From the NCBI GenBank assembly GCA_023247085.1, contig JAHFHC010000004.1, positions 1 to 56,682 of the forward strand: DNA of 56,682 nt, given 5' to 3'. Made by a program: the position numbers and the translations under genes. The notes beneath the pieces were generated by a model. It worked only from the letters and a program-made list of their open reading frames with translations. It was not told the DNA's origin and ran no database searches. This document shows positions 34,225 through 43,520 of this stretch, piece after piece (positions within the stretch are counted from its first letter, which is position 1; every line of letters begins with the position of its first letter). Source of the stretch: Candidatus Micrarchaeota archaeon. GTDB lineage: Archaea; Micrarchaeota; Micrarchaeia; Norongarragalinales; UBA8480.

Positions 34225-35073
34225 TTAAATTTCGATTCCCGCTAGTTGAAGGGTTTGTAGTTCTTCTAGTGAAATTGGTTCGCCTTGTTTGAATCGTACA
34301 AGTATTTCTAGTGCTTTTTTCTTCACTGATTGCATTTGTTGTACGATTTTTTGTTTTGCTTCGGCATTGTGTTGTTGTTCTTTTTGCTGGCGTTGTTTTT
34401 CTTCTTGTTGATATTGTTTACGGCGAATTTGTTCGTCTTCTCGTTCAACTGCAGTTAATTGTTTGAGGGTATTTCGTTTTTCGTCTAGTTTAGAAAAAGC
34501 TTCGGGTAAATGTGTTTGAAGTTCTTCTGCTTGTTTGAAAAGCAAAAGCATTGCTTGGTGGTGTGATTCGCTTTTAGCTGCGTGTGATTTAAGTTCTTTT
34601 ACTTTTTCGCTTAATTGTTTTCTCAATTCACGCAAAGCAGCACGCAGACTTCTACGCTCTTGGAATTTTGGCTCGAGTTTTGCTAGACTTTTAAGCTTTT
34701 TAGATAAGTCAGTCATTTTGCGCGAGATTGTTTTTTCACGTTGTGTTGAATAGTTAACATGCAGCGAATATTCAAGTGCTTGTATTTCCGCCTTAATTCG
34801 ATCTGGAGAAGAAGATGCATCTGTTTTGTCAAGCTCGGCTTCTAAGGGTTTTAGTATAGTGTCGGTTTCAGTGATTTGTTTTCGAATTGTCTCGATTTGA
34901 TTTGCGATTTGTTTTACTTCTTTGTTTTCAGCATCGCGGTTGTTTTTTTCAGTTTCTGCTTTGTCAAATAATTCGCGTAGTTTTGTAAGGCTCTGCGCAT
35001 TTTGGTGCCGGATAGTTGTGACTTCGTTTACAACTTGTTCTTTGTCGACAGATTGTCCTGGTTCAGTTGGCAT
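34225..35073 (-). CDS. Archaeal coiled-coil protein (COG1340-like)
   Basis: Continuous heptads, RDAENKEVK, IQALEY and KGE-like end FKQGEPISLEELQ. Confidence 0.7.
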   Translation of the reverse strand: MPTEPGQSVDKEQVVNEVTTIRHQNAQSLTKLRELFDKAETEKNNRDAENKEVKQIANQIETIRKQITETDTILKPLEAELDKTDASSSPDRIKAEIQALEYSLHVNYSTQREKTISRKMTDLSKKLKSLAKLEPKFQERRSLRAALRELRKQLSEKVKELKSHAAKSESHHQAMLLLFKQAEELQTHLPEAFSKLDEKRNTLKQLTAVEREDEQIRRKQYQQEEKQRQQKEQQHNAEAKQKIVQQMQSVKKKALEILVRFKQGEPISLEELQTLQLAGIEI

Positions 35074-35173
35074 TGAAAATATTTTACCTTTTTGGCAACT
35101 TTGCGCGATATCCTTTGCACATTATACGCTGAACATATTATTACATAATGCTAAGCGCACTGGTTGTCAGTAT

Positions 35174-35617
35174 TTAGTTTGTAGGTGCAGAAGTTGTTGT
35201 GGCGGTTGCTTGTTCTGGTGGGACTTCGAGTTCGATTTCTGCAATTATTTCATCTAATTCAGCGCGTTGTTTTTCTAGCACTTTTTGAATGCGTTTTATG
35301 CGCTTTTGGTTTAGTGCAATTTCACGATATTTACGCGCAGCAGAATTAAAATGTTCAATTGAAAGAGTAAAGTATGGCTCCTTGTCCATCGTATCTGAAA
35401 TGTCTGCGAGTATAGTGCCTAGCAGTACATTAGCCCCTTCTTTTACTTCTTTTTTCAGTTGGTGTTCAGCTTTTAAGTTACCTTTGATTATTTTAACTAC
35501 TCGCGCATTTGGAAATGGCAAGTGTTCCGAGTCTTCATCTTCTGAACCTTCTGCGTCTTCAATCTCCGATTGTGGAAGTGGTTGTTCTTGTACGTTTTGG
35601 CTTTGATCTTCAGTCAT
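35174..35617 (-). CDS. Histone-fold protein with acidic N-tail and C-terminal coiled coil
   Basis: LPFPNARVVKIIK (histone-fold alpha1), a long alpha2, TLSIEHF..A, then a charged helix; AGGTGA SD before ATG 35617. Confidence 0.7.
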   Translation of the reverse strand: MTEDQSQNVQEQPLPQSEIEDAEGSEDEDSEHLPFPNARVVKIIKGNLKAEHQLKKEVKEGANVLLGTILADISDTMDKEPYFTLSIEHFNSAARKYREIALNQKRIKRIQKVLEKQRAELDEIIAEIELEVPPEQATATTTSAPTN

Positions 35618-35714
35618 GTTTAGTAGATTCACCTGTAAATAGTAATGAAAAATAACTAGTGACAAATATAGGGCTTTAGTGGTTTTTAAGCCATGTGGTC
35701 ATTTGATTATTTGT

Positions 35715-36338
35715 TCATTTGACGAGTAACAAAAAGATTTTCCGCTTCCTAGCATTTTCGGGATTATCAGTCACAATAGTCGTTTTGAACCCAACATTTT
35801 TGAACAACCTACCTACTTGCAATAGTTCGTTTTCGCTGGTCGGATAAAACTGTACAACTGCTTTTCCCCCTTTTTTTAAGTGATTCCAAAACTCACTTGC
35901 CACTTTACTAGCTTCGTCAACTTCTTTTGCAGTAACCCACTGGAGCACGGAAATTGAAACAATTCCATCTACAGTTTGTTTAAATGGAAATTTACGAATG
36001 TCCCCGAGTTCGGCGTCGAATCCATTTTTCTTGCATAGTTTTACGAAAATTGGAAGCGCGTCAAACGCAAGCACGTTATAACCTATCTCGTGCAATATGG
36101 CCGTTGAAAAGCCAGCACCACAGCCAGCATCAATTACAGTTGAACCAATTGGAAGTTGCATTAATTCAATTGCACGCAGGGTTAAACCCTCTTGGATTTT
36201 TCTCATGGAATTACTTGCAGCATAGCGTTTTGCTTCGGTTTCGTTATAAAAATCTCCTAGTGTTTTTTCATCTTCTGGGCGAATGTGAAAAGATTTCCAA
36301 TTTGAACCAGATAAATTAGATAAACGCAATGTCTTCAT
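35715..36338 (-). CDS. Class I SAM methyltransferase, Bud23/WBSCR22-like
   Basis: FYNETEAKRY, IQ..LTLRAIEL, DAGCGAG, VSISVLQW, LKKGGKAVVQFYP and DNPENARKRKIFLLL. Confidence 0.8.
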   Translation of the reverse strand: MKTLRLSNLSGSNWKSFHIRPEDEKTLGDFYNETEAKRYAASNSMRKIQEGLTLRAIELMQLPIGSTVIDAGCGAGFSTAILHEIGYNVLAFDALPIFVKLCKKNGFDAELGDIRKFPFKQTVDGIVSISVLQWVTAKEVDEASKVASEFWNHLKKGGKAVVQFYPTSENELLQVGRLFKNVGFKTTIVTDNPENARKRKIFLLLVK

Positions 36339-37344
36339 ACCTCACTCCGAATTTGTGTGGAAAATATAAGCCGGGTTCAACTGTAAAACACATTCCACTT
36401 TTTAGTTTTTCAATTTCGTTGATTCGCCTATGTCCATCGTGAACTTCAAGGCCAACACCATGACCTAAACTTAAGCCAACATCAGCATGCGTATATTTAG
36501 AAAAACCACATTCTGCTAGTACGTTTATCGCCGCTTGACCTGCGAGTTTCCCGTTGTTTTCTTTTTCTGCAATTCGCTGCGCTTGTTTTTGTGATTCGCA
36601 CACGGCTTCCATTGCATCTTTGATTTCTTTGTTGCTCCCCTCATAGAACACAGTTGTGTAGTCAGCACAGTATTGTTCGTACTTTGCACCGACGTCTATT
36701 AGTAGTGGTTTTGAAAAGTCTACTTTTGTATTGTCAGTTGCGCCGTGGAATACGCTTGTCTTTTCACCGCTTTGTACAAGTGGCGTAAATGAATCTAAGC
36801 TCGCGTTTTGTTCTCTTGCCTTGGTTTCTATTTTGCCCGCGATTTGGCTTTCGGTCAAACCTTGCAAGTTTTGTTCAAGTGTTTCTGCAACTGCGTTTTT
36901 TGTTATATTTTGGGCGGTTTTAATTAGTTCGACTTCTTGTGGCTCTTTTATTTCGCGTAACTCGAGAAAATATTTAGTGAAATTTATTTTTTCGTAAGTT
37001 GTTTTTTCAAAAGCGTAGAAGCCAAGCGTATCTGAACGTTGGTCTAAACCGATTTTCGTCGGCTTGCTTTTTTCGATTAATTCATTTGCTTTTTTCTTCC
37101 AGTTTTTAAACTCGTAAAATTCAAAAGACACCGGCAATTCGTCTTGTTGTAAGGTTGAGAAAATCACCGCATTGTCTTGTGTGACTAATAGGATTGAAGG
37201 GAATGCTGAATCACCCGAGTAATAAAAGGCATTTGGGTCAAAACGATCTGCGCCGCCGAATAACAGCGCATCTACTTGCGCATCTTGCATTTTTTCACGT
37301 AGTCGAGTTAAACGTTTCTTATAGTTGAAAATTGATTTTGACAT
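36316..37344 (-). CDS. Xaa-Pro aminopeptidase (M24B)
   Basis: DVGAKYEQYCADYT, HGVGLEVHD, TVEPGLY and GVRYED. Confidence 0.93.
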   Translation of the reverse strand: MSKSIFNYKKRLTRLREKMQDAQVDALLFGGADRFDPNAFYYSGDSAFPSILLVTQDNAVIFSTLQQDELPVSFEFYEFKNWKKKANELIEKSKPTKIGLDQRSDTLGFYAFEKTTYEKINFTKYFLELREIKEPQEVELIKTAQNITKNAVAETLEQNLQGLTESQIAGKIETKAREQNASLDSFTPLVQSGEKTSVFHGATDNTKVDFSKPLLIDVGAKYEQYCADYTTVFYEGSNKEIKDAMEAVCESQKQAQRIAEKENNGKLAGQAAINVLAECGFSKYTHADVGLSLGHGVGLEVHDGHRRINEIEKLKSGMCFTVEPGLYFPHKFGVRYEDIAFI

Positions 37345-37386
37345 AATTATTGTATTTCACTTTGTACTTGTCCGGATGAGTTTACT

Positions 37387-38706
37387 CTACGATTGAGGGG
37401 TTGTTATCTTTACGTTCTCCACTAAAGCGTCACAAGAAAAGATAGGCGTTTCAACTTCCCAGCCGTAAATCTGACGTTGGTTCGACGACAATAATTTAGT
37501 GCGTTGGAGTATGCCAAGCAAATTATCGCTTAATCGTATTTCACGAATTGGTTTTGTCAACTCCCCATTTTCAATTAAGAGAATTGCATCTCGAGGAATT
37601 GTTGAAAAATCGCTTGTCGAATAGTTTTGAAATCTAGTGTACCAAATATTCGTAATGTAGATGCCGTTTTTTGTTTCTTGGATTAACTCGTCAATAGTTG
37701 ACTTACCTGACTCAACAACTGGATTAAATGGATGTGGAGCAGTTATACCTGCATGGCCAGTTGGCGCTACATTTTGGTGTTTTGCAGTTGAAGAGTTATG
37801 CAAATAAGTTTTTAATTCGCCGTTTTGTACAATTGAAGTGCGTTTTGTTGGTCGACCTTCTTCGTCAAAAGGAGTACTGTGAAACGCATTTGCAAGTGTT
37901 GGGTCGTCATAAATAGTAACTGATTCACTGGCAATTTGTTTGCCAATTTTTCCACCAAGTGCCGATAACCCACTCTCTACACTAAATACGCTTGTTGAGT
38001 TTGTAAATGGGTCAAGAAGCGCGGCGTATGGAAATGCGTCAAAGACAACGTTGTAAGTTCCTTGTTGTCCCTTTATTGGATTTTTTGCTTTGAATGCAAG
38101 TTCTTTTGCTTGGTGCGCTAACTCAGTGTAATTTACATCGGATAAAAACGCACCCGCGCTTACCTTGTGTCCAGATGCGTTTTGTTCTGCTAGACAACGA
38201 ATTGAGAAGTAAACACTAGTCGATTTATGTGTTGCTTGTGGGCCATTACTTGAAACTAGATAAACTTCAGATTCATTGGTTTCAAACATTCCCCCTGCTT
38301 TTACTCCATTGCAACTATCAAGCACTTGGCTTACGAGGTCAACGCTTTGTTCATCTGCAGTGGGAATTTTTTTGTCAAAGCTATTGATAACCGGATAAGT
38401 AAATTTGCCACTTGCTACTTCCTCAAAATCGGAATTGTCTGGCAACTTTTTTGCAAGAGAAACAAACTTTTCAAGAACTGCATTTATGTTGGGTTGATCT
38501 ATATCGGCATCGATGCGCGTCTCAGCTATTTTTTTTCCAACTGAAACAAACAAATGAATTTCGCTGCGTTGTTCTACGCTCTTGCGCACTGTTTTGCTAT
38601 TAGCAAACTTAATTTGACGCTGCGAATAATTATACCCAGTAGCAATTGCGTTGTCTGCACCGAGCTTCTTCAATTTTTCAACAATAGTTACACATTCTTC
38701 TCGCAT
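37387..38706 (-). CDS. pmbA: TldD/PmbA family protein, PmbA-like subunit
   Basis: VTIYDDPT, FDEEGRPT, G-LKTYLH and YTRFQN..TSDFST; lacks HExxxH. Confidence 0.88.
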   Translation of the reverse strand: MREECVTIVEKLKKLGADNAIATGYNYSQRQIKFANSKTVRKSVEQRSEIHLFVSVGKKIAETRIDADIDQPNINAVLEKFVSLAKKLPDNSDFEEVASGKFTYPVINSFDKKIPTADEQSVDLVSQVLDSCNGVKAGGMFETNESEVYLVSSNGPQATHKSTSVYFSIRCLAEQNASGHKVSAGAFLSDVNYTELAHQAKELAFKAKNPIKGQQGTYNVVFDAFPYAALLDPFTNSTSVFSVESGLSALGGKIGKQIASESVTIYDDPTLANAFHSTPFDEEGRPTKRTSIVQNGELKTYLHNSSTAKHQNVAPTGHAGITAPHPFNPVVESGKSTIDELIQETKNGIYITNIWYTRFQNYSTSDFSTIPRDAILLIENGELTKPIREIRLSDNLLGILQRTKLLSSNQRQIYGWEVETPIFSCDALVENVKITTPQS

Positions 38707-38770
38707 TAGATAGACATAGAGAATAAAACGTTAAAAGCATTGGCGTGTAGAGTTATTAGGTCATATTACA

Positions 38771-39685
38771 ATGGCGGAAATGTTTCCAAAAATAGAAGTT
38801 GCAACTAAGCGTGGAAAAAAAATAGCAGTTCACTTGTACGGTTTTTCACACGGGATTGGCAAAAAAGGCACTGCGCTTCACCATACAGTTGCAAATGCGT
38901 TGCGGACAGAAGTAAAATCATTTCATTATAAAGACTATGTGATTCGTGAAGGAAGTGACGACACGCTTTTGCGTTACGCATTGCGAAAGCATGGCGCTGG
39001 TTTTCACATACGAGTTAGTCGAGATTTTCTGTGGGACACACTTAAGACTATTGTGCCTTCGTCTGCTGAAATTGAACCAATTGAACATTTTGAAGTGTTG
39101 CGCAACTTGCAAGCGAGCGAAGGTGGAAAAATAAACCATACGAGCTTCATAGACGAAGAGTTAAGGAAAAAAGAGATATCTCCAGATATACAAGAAGCAT
39201 CAAGGCTTACAATGGCTACGCAAGAACAAACGCAAAAATCTAAAGACGGACTAGTTGAAGCGCTTCGCAAGCGAGGTATTGATGAGAACAAAGCACGCGA
39301 ATACACTGAATCACTCACTACGTTTCGCAGTTTACTTATGGCAAGGGCAGCATATCACCGCGCGTATGCAACTGGATTACCTATACGCTTGTTCGTTGGA
39401 TTTAATCACGTGAAAGAAATTGAAGATTTCCTTTCAGATGAAAAAAAGCAAAGGGAGTATGTAGCAAATTTGCCGCCAAAATTAAAACAAATATATGATT
39501 TAAACGAACAGCATGGCTGGAACGTCGTTGAGTTATTTGAACAAAATGCGCATAAATTCCCAGGGCATGAAAAAAGATTATACGCTTGGCTTGCGCTTGA
39601 ATGTGCTAAGCCACACTATTCTCCGGATAAGTCCGATACAGTCGTAGTTGATATAGCTAAATTCAGACGGCTAATCGAAAGATAA
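38771..39685 (+). CDS. Hypothetical protein, TraB/GumN-like
   Basis: HLYGFSHG near the N-terminus and RSLLMA...LFVGFNHVKEIEDFL. Confidence 0.5.
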   Translation: MAEMFPKIEVATKRGKKIAVHLYGFSHGIGKKGTALHHTVANALRTEVKSFHYKDYVIREGSDDTLLRYALRKHGAGFHIRVSRDFLWDTLKTIVPSSAEIEPIEHFEVLRNLQASEGGKINHTSFIDEELRKKEISPDIQEASRLTMATQEQTQKSKDGLVEALRKRGIDENKAREYTESLTTFRSLLMARAAYHRAYATGLPIRLFVGFNHVKEIEDFLSDEKKQREYVANLPPKLKQIYDLNEQHGWNVVELFEQNAHKFPGHEKRLYAWLALECAKPHYSPDKSDTVVVDIAKFRRLIER

Positions 39686-39720
39686 AAGCAATACTCGCTT
39701 GAGAAAAGTGATTCAGAGAG

Positions 39721-41103
39721 TTACTTTAGATTAACTCCTTTAATTACCAAGCTCGGTCCGCCCATGTAAACTGGCATTCCTTGCATTGGCTCGCCTTTGC
39801 CGCATGATGCAGCGTGGAACTCTAAATTATTTGCTATATCTACAATTGAACTATATAGTTGCGGGGTTGTGATTTCAATTGTGGGGTTACTGACTGGCGC
39901 AGTTAACTTTCCGTTTTCTATTTTGTATGCTTCGCAACCGGTGTATTTTTGGTTATATCTCATGTCGTCAATGTTCCATTCCATGAAGCGCCTTATGTAA
40001 ACCCCGTTTTTCACACTTTCAAATAACTCTTGTTCAGATTTTGTTCCTGGTTCAAAAAAAGTATTTGACATGCGAATCAATGGTTCTCGGTCAAAACTGG
40101 CTGCGCGTGAATTGCCGCTGCTCTTTTCGTTTATTGCAGCTGCATTAATGCGGTCGCTTAGGAGCGTGTTTATTTTGCCGTGGTCGATTAATTTCTTTGG
40201 CTTTGCGCGAGTGCCCTCGTCATCAAATTCAAAATAGCCAAAACTACCTTTTACAGTAGGGTCATCAATAACAGAAACACAATCATTTGAAAAACGAGTA
40301 CCGCGCATCTTAAGTTTAAGGAATGATTCACCTGCTTGTGCTGCTTCCCTGCCAAGAATGCGGTCAGCTTCGTACGGGTGTCCGCAACTTTCGTGCGCTA
40401 TTATCCCAGCTATTTCTGGCGATACAACTAAATCAAATTTCCCAGCTACGTGTTCAGCGTTTTGGTTAGCTTTTGCGATTTCTCTAGCTTCTAAGGGAAT
40501 TGCTTCATCAAGTTTCCACTTTTTGAACACTTCAAAACCCTCGCAAGCTCCTTTTTGCCAAAAACGCTGGCTATTTTCACTTGTGAATAAATAATGAAAA
40601 CTTATGCGCGGGATAGCTGACTTGATTTCACTACCGCTCGAATTGACAAACGTCTTTTCAATGTATTCAAGTTCAAGCGAGAGAAAGCGAGACGAAACTT
40701 TTTCAGAAGCAAGGTTTGCGTCAATAGTTTTTAGTAATTCAATGCATTGTTCTGGAGAAACGTTTTGAACTGGCTCTTTTTGTATAACTGAATATTTAGC
40801 ATTATAAGCCTCTTCTTGCGATAATTTGTATGACTCGCTTGATGTAAGTGAACGTTGAGCCATTGCAGACACACGGTGCGATAAGCTAGATAAGTTTGCG
40901 GGGTTAGTGGCGGAATAGAACCCAAGGCTGCCTTTTTGCAGGAAGCGAACTCCAACTCCGTTGCTCTCGTAAGATGCTGCACCTAGCAACACTCCATTTT
41001 TCATTGAATATTCTTGAACTGATGTTGACTCTATACGCGCTTCGGCATATTCGCCAATGGAGTGCAAAGTCTTCCTTACTGTGTCAATATCTATTTGTTC
41101 CAT
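39721..41103 (-). CDS. tldD: TldD family metalloprotease
   Basis: AHESCGHPYEAD (HExxxH), FDDEGT, GNSRAA, IRMSNT and GKGEPMQ..PV..GGP. Confidence 0.93.
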   Translation of the reverse strand: MEQIDIDTVRKTLHSIGEYAEARIESTSVQEYSMKNGVLLGAASYESNGVGVRFLQKGSLGFYSATNPANLSSLSHRVSAMAQRSLTSSESYKLSQEEAYNAKYSVIQKEPVQNVSPEQCIELLKTIDANLASEKVSSRFLSLELEYIEKTFVNSSGSEIKSAIPRISFHYLFTSENSQRFWQKGACEGFEVFKKWKLDEAIPLEAREIAKANQNAEHVAGKFDLVVSPEIAGIIAHESCGHPYEADRILGREAAQAGESFLKLKMRGTRFSNDCVSVIDDPTVKGSFGYFEFDDEGTRAKPKKLIDHGKINTLLSDRINAAAINEKSSGNSRAASFDREPLIRMSNTFFEPGTKSEQELFESVKNGVYIRRFMEWNIDDMRYNQKYTGCEAYKIENGKLTAPVSNPTIEITTPQLYSSIVDIANNLEFHAASCGKGEPMQGMPVYMGGPSLVIKGVNLK

Positions 41104-41243
41104 TTTTTGAAGCCAAGAGTTTTTAAGAAGCTAAGTTTTTTATCTTAGTCATATCCTGTTTAAATGACTTTTAAATTGCATTGAAGGGATCTACGCCCTA
41201 AATATTACAGTGCATTTTGATATAAAAGGTGAAAAATAATACA

Positions 41244-41528
41244 ATGAATATATCTGAACTAACCCCCGGCACTGGAAATGTCGAAGTACAAGGCGAAATC
41301 GTTGAAATTGAAGCCCCACGTGAATTTAACAAAAACGGCAGAACACTACGAGTTGCAAATGCAACTTTACGCGATGCAAGTGGCACAATCGTACTTGTAT
41401 TGTGGAATGATGATATTGACAAGGTTCAAGCAGGCAACAACGTTAAAATAAGCAACGGCTATGTAAACGTCTGGAAAGATACGCCTCAATTAACTCTCGG
41501 CAAATTCGGAAAACTCGAAGTAGTTTAA
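41244..41528 (+). CDS. ssb: Single-OB-fold ssDNA-binding protein
   Basis: ISEL.PG..NV.V.G, ATLRDASGTIVLVLWND and NGYV..W...PQL.LGKFG. Confidence 0.9.
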   Translation: MNISELTPGTGNVEVQGEIVEIEAPREFNKNGRTLRVANATLRDASGTIVLVLWNDDIDKVQAGNNVKISNGYVNVWKDTPQLTLGKFGKLEVV

Positions 41529-41588
41529 AATCACGCAATCGTCTGGCGTTTCCTTTTTTTCTTTTTCTTAATTTTCTTTTCCACTATA

Positions 41589-42476
41589 CTACTTCTTTAC
41601 AGCTTTTTTCGCTGGTGTTTTTTTAACGTTTAAAACTAACTGAGTTTTTGCATCGCTTTTTATCCACGCGTATATTCCTACGAAGAAGAATGTTTGAATT
41701 ATTACAAGTGCTGGCGAGAAAATAGCAGAAATTAATGCAGATAGAGGCCGAACAGGAATACCTACGAAACTGAACGGCAAATCGCTAAGACCAGCTACTA
41801 ATTGTGGGATTAATTCAACTAAAGTAAATGCATAAACTATTGCTAATTCAACTAAAACAAGTGCGAATATCTTCAATGCTTTGCGGCACGTTATGTTCCA
41901 AGAAACGCTTAATGATTCTAGGATTTTTCCACCTTCTAAGTAAAGTCCGGTTGCTGCAAATAAACGCATTGAATTTCTCATTACAATGACAAAATATGCA
42001 ACAAATGGTAAAGCAGCGAATATTCCAAGTGCAATTGCTAAAATTGTATTTGACATTGAGAGAACTGCCCCAATTGCAAATACTATTCCAATGACTAGTA
42101 AAACTAACCATTTGAGTTCAAAAACCGAAAATACTGCAGCTAGTAACTCAGTTATGCCAATTGCAATTAGACCTAATACTGTTGAAATATTAAATTCGCG
42201 AACTTTTGAAAATTTAAGCAGCATAACTTTGAAAAGAAGTTTTAGTGCGAAGTAAACTAGAAGCATTATAACCGCAATATAAAAGAATACAACTGCAAAT
42301 GCAGCAATTATACCTGTTGTTTGAAAATCGAACAGTTTAGTGAAGCTAGTTACATCAAGTAAGTTCATGAAAAAGTAAAGAACGGCAAATATCAGGTAGA
42401 GCGTCCAGTAACTTTTTTCTTTAACCCAACTAAATGCAAATTTTATTAAGTCCGTAATGTCGCTTGAAAAAGTCAT
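41589..42476 (-). CDS. Multi-pass hypothetical membrane protein
   Basis: About six TM segments, a LEGGKILESL..SW pattern and a basic C-tail. Confidence 0.65.
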   Translation of the reverse strand: MTFSSDITDLIKFAFSWVKEKSYWTLYLIFAVLYFFMNLLDVTSFTKLFDFQTTGIIAAFAVVFFYIAVIMLLVYFALKLLFKVMLLKFSKVREFNISTVLGLIAIGITELLAAVFSVFELKWLVLLVIGIVFAIGAVLSMSNTILAIALGIFAALPFVAYFVIVMRNSMRLFAATGLYLEGGKILESLSVSWNITCRKALKIFALVLVELAIVYAFTLVELIPQLVAGLSDLPFSFVGIPVRPLSALISAIFSPALVIIQTFFFVGIYAWIKSDAKTQLVLNVKKTPAKKAVKK

Positions 42477-42519
42477 TAAAATTTATTACCTCGTTCCGGT
42501 TTAACTATTATAGCTTGCT

Positions 42520-43404
42520 TTATAGAAGTGCAAAGCCCAAAAACGCAAGTACGCCTATTACTAAAGCAAGCAAGGTTTTGTTTCTGCACTCTTTTAATGT
42601 AAACAAGTCTTGACTTTTAAGTGTTTTGAAAACTGCAGTTAATAACAAGTAATCAGATATCGAAACAAGTCCCACATAAAGCACTTCAGCATTACTCGAG
42701 GTTTTTTCTAAAAATGGCAGAAAATTTAAAAATGAAAGAAGTGGGACAAAAGAAAGCAACACCGCTATTGATACAAGTATAGCTGAAAGAATAACCGTAT
42801 TTTTTGGTCCGATTAGCATTGGCAGCGTAGTGCCGCCTGCACGTTTGTCGCCTACTACATCGCGCAAGGTTATTATCAGCTCTCGACCAGTGCCAGTAAG
42901 AAACGCTATTATAACGATGAGGATTACACTTGGAACAAAATCGTTAGCGACGGCAAAATTGCCATATATGAACGGAGCAGTCATTGTCAAAGCGATAAAT
43001 AGATTGCCAACTAGCGGGAGTTTTTTGAAGACATTATCATAGAGTAGAGTGAGGAAAACATAAACAGCTGCTAGTAGAAACACAAACGTATTGACAAACC
43101 AAGTGAATGCTAAGCCAAATGCGAATAGTAGGATTGCGGCGTGCAAGGCGGTTTCTGGTTTGATTTTACCACTAACAAGGGGCCTATCTCGGCGGCCATT
43201 TGCTTTGTCGGTTCTTAGCCCGAAATAGTCATTTATTACAAAAGCACCGAGCGTGATAAGTACTGGGCCAATTGTTGGAAAAAGAAGAGAAAACGAAAAG
43301 CTCCGGGTAACAAGTAATTCACCAATTAGTACGCCAAAAAACGTAATGAGCGCGTGTTCGGTGCGGAACAACATATGCCAGTCTTTCAAATTTAAATTGT
43401 GCAT
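42520..43404 (-). CDS. UbiA prenyltransferase (DGGGP synthase-like)
   Basis: INDYF...D..N...RPLVSG, KKLPLVGNL and RELI..LRDVVGD..GG.TLP. Confidence 0.9.
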   Translation of the reverse strand: MHNLNLKDWHMLFRTEHALITFFGVLIGELLVTRSFSFSLLFPTIGPVLITLGAFVINDYFGLRTDKANGRRDRPLVSGKIKPETALHAAILLFAFGLAFTWFVNTFVFLLAAVYVFLTLLYDNVFKKLPLVGNLFIALTMTAPFIYGNFAVANDFVPSVILIVIIAFLTGTGRELIITLRDVVGDKRAGGTTLPMLIGPKNTVILSAILVSIAVLLSFVPLLSFLNFLPFLEKTSSNAEVLYVGLVSISDYLLLTAVFKTLKSQDLFTLKECRNKTLLALVIGVLAFLGFALL

Positions 43405-43520
43405 TTTATTTAATCAACTCAATTAATTGAAATTATTTGCTAGGCGTCTGGATGAACGCATAGGGTAAATAGGATATAAAGTTCGGTTAAATAAATAATA
43501 GTTAGGAGACTAAACACAAC

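Noticed and set aside
5192-35073. Apparent A/C versus T/G strand-skew switch marking an origin or terminus
   Set aside because: By eye the skew follows whichever strand is coding; a computed third-position skew would be needed.
43405-43520. Replication origin (ORB boxes) upstream of cdc6
   Set aside because: The 116-nt gap has no TTCCAGTGGAAAC-like box or G-string; it looks like divergent promoters only.
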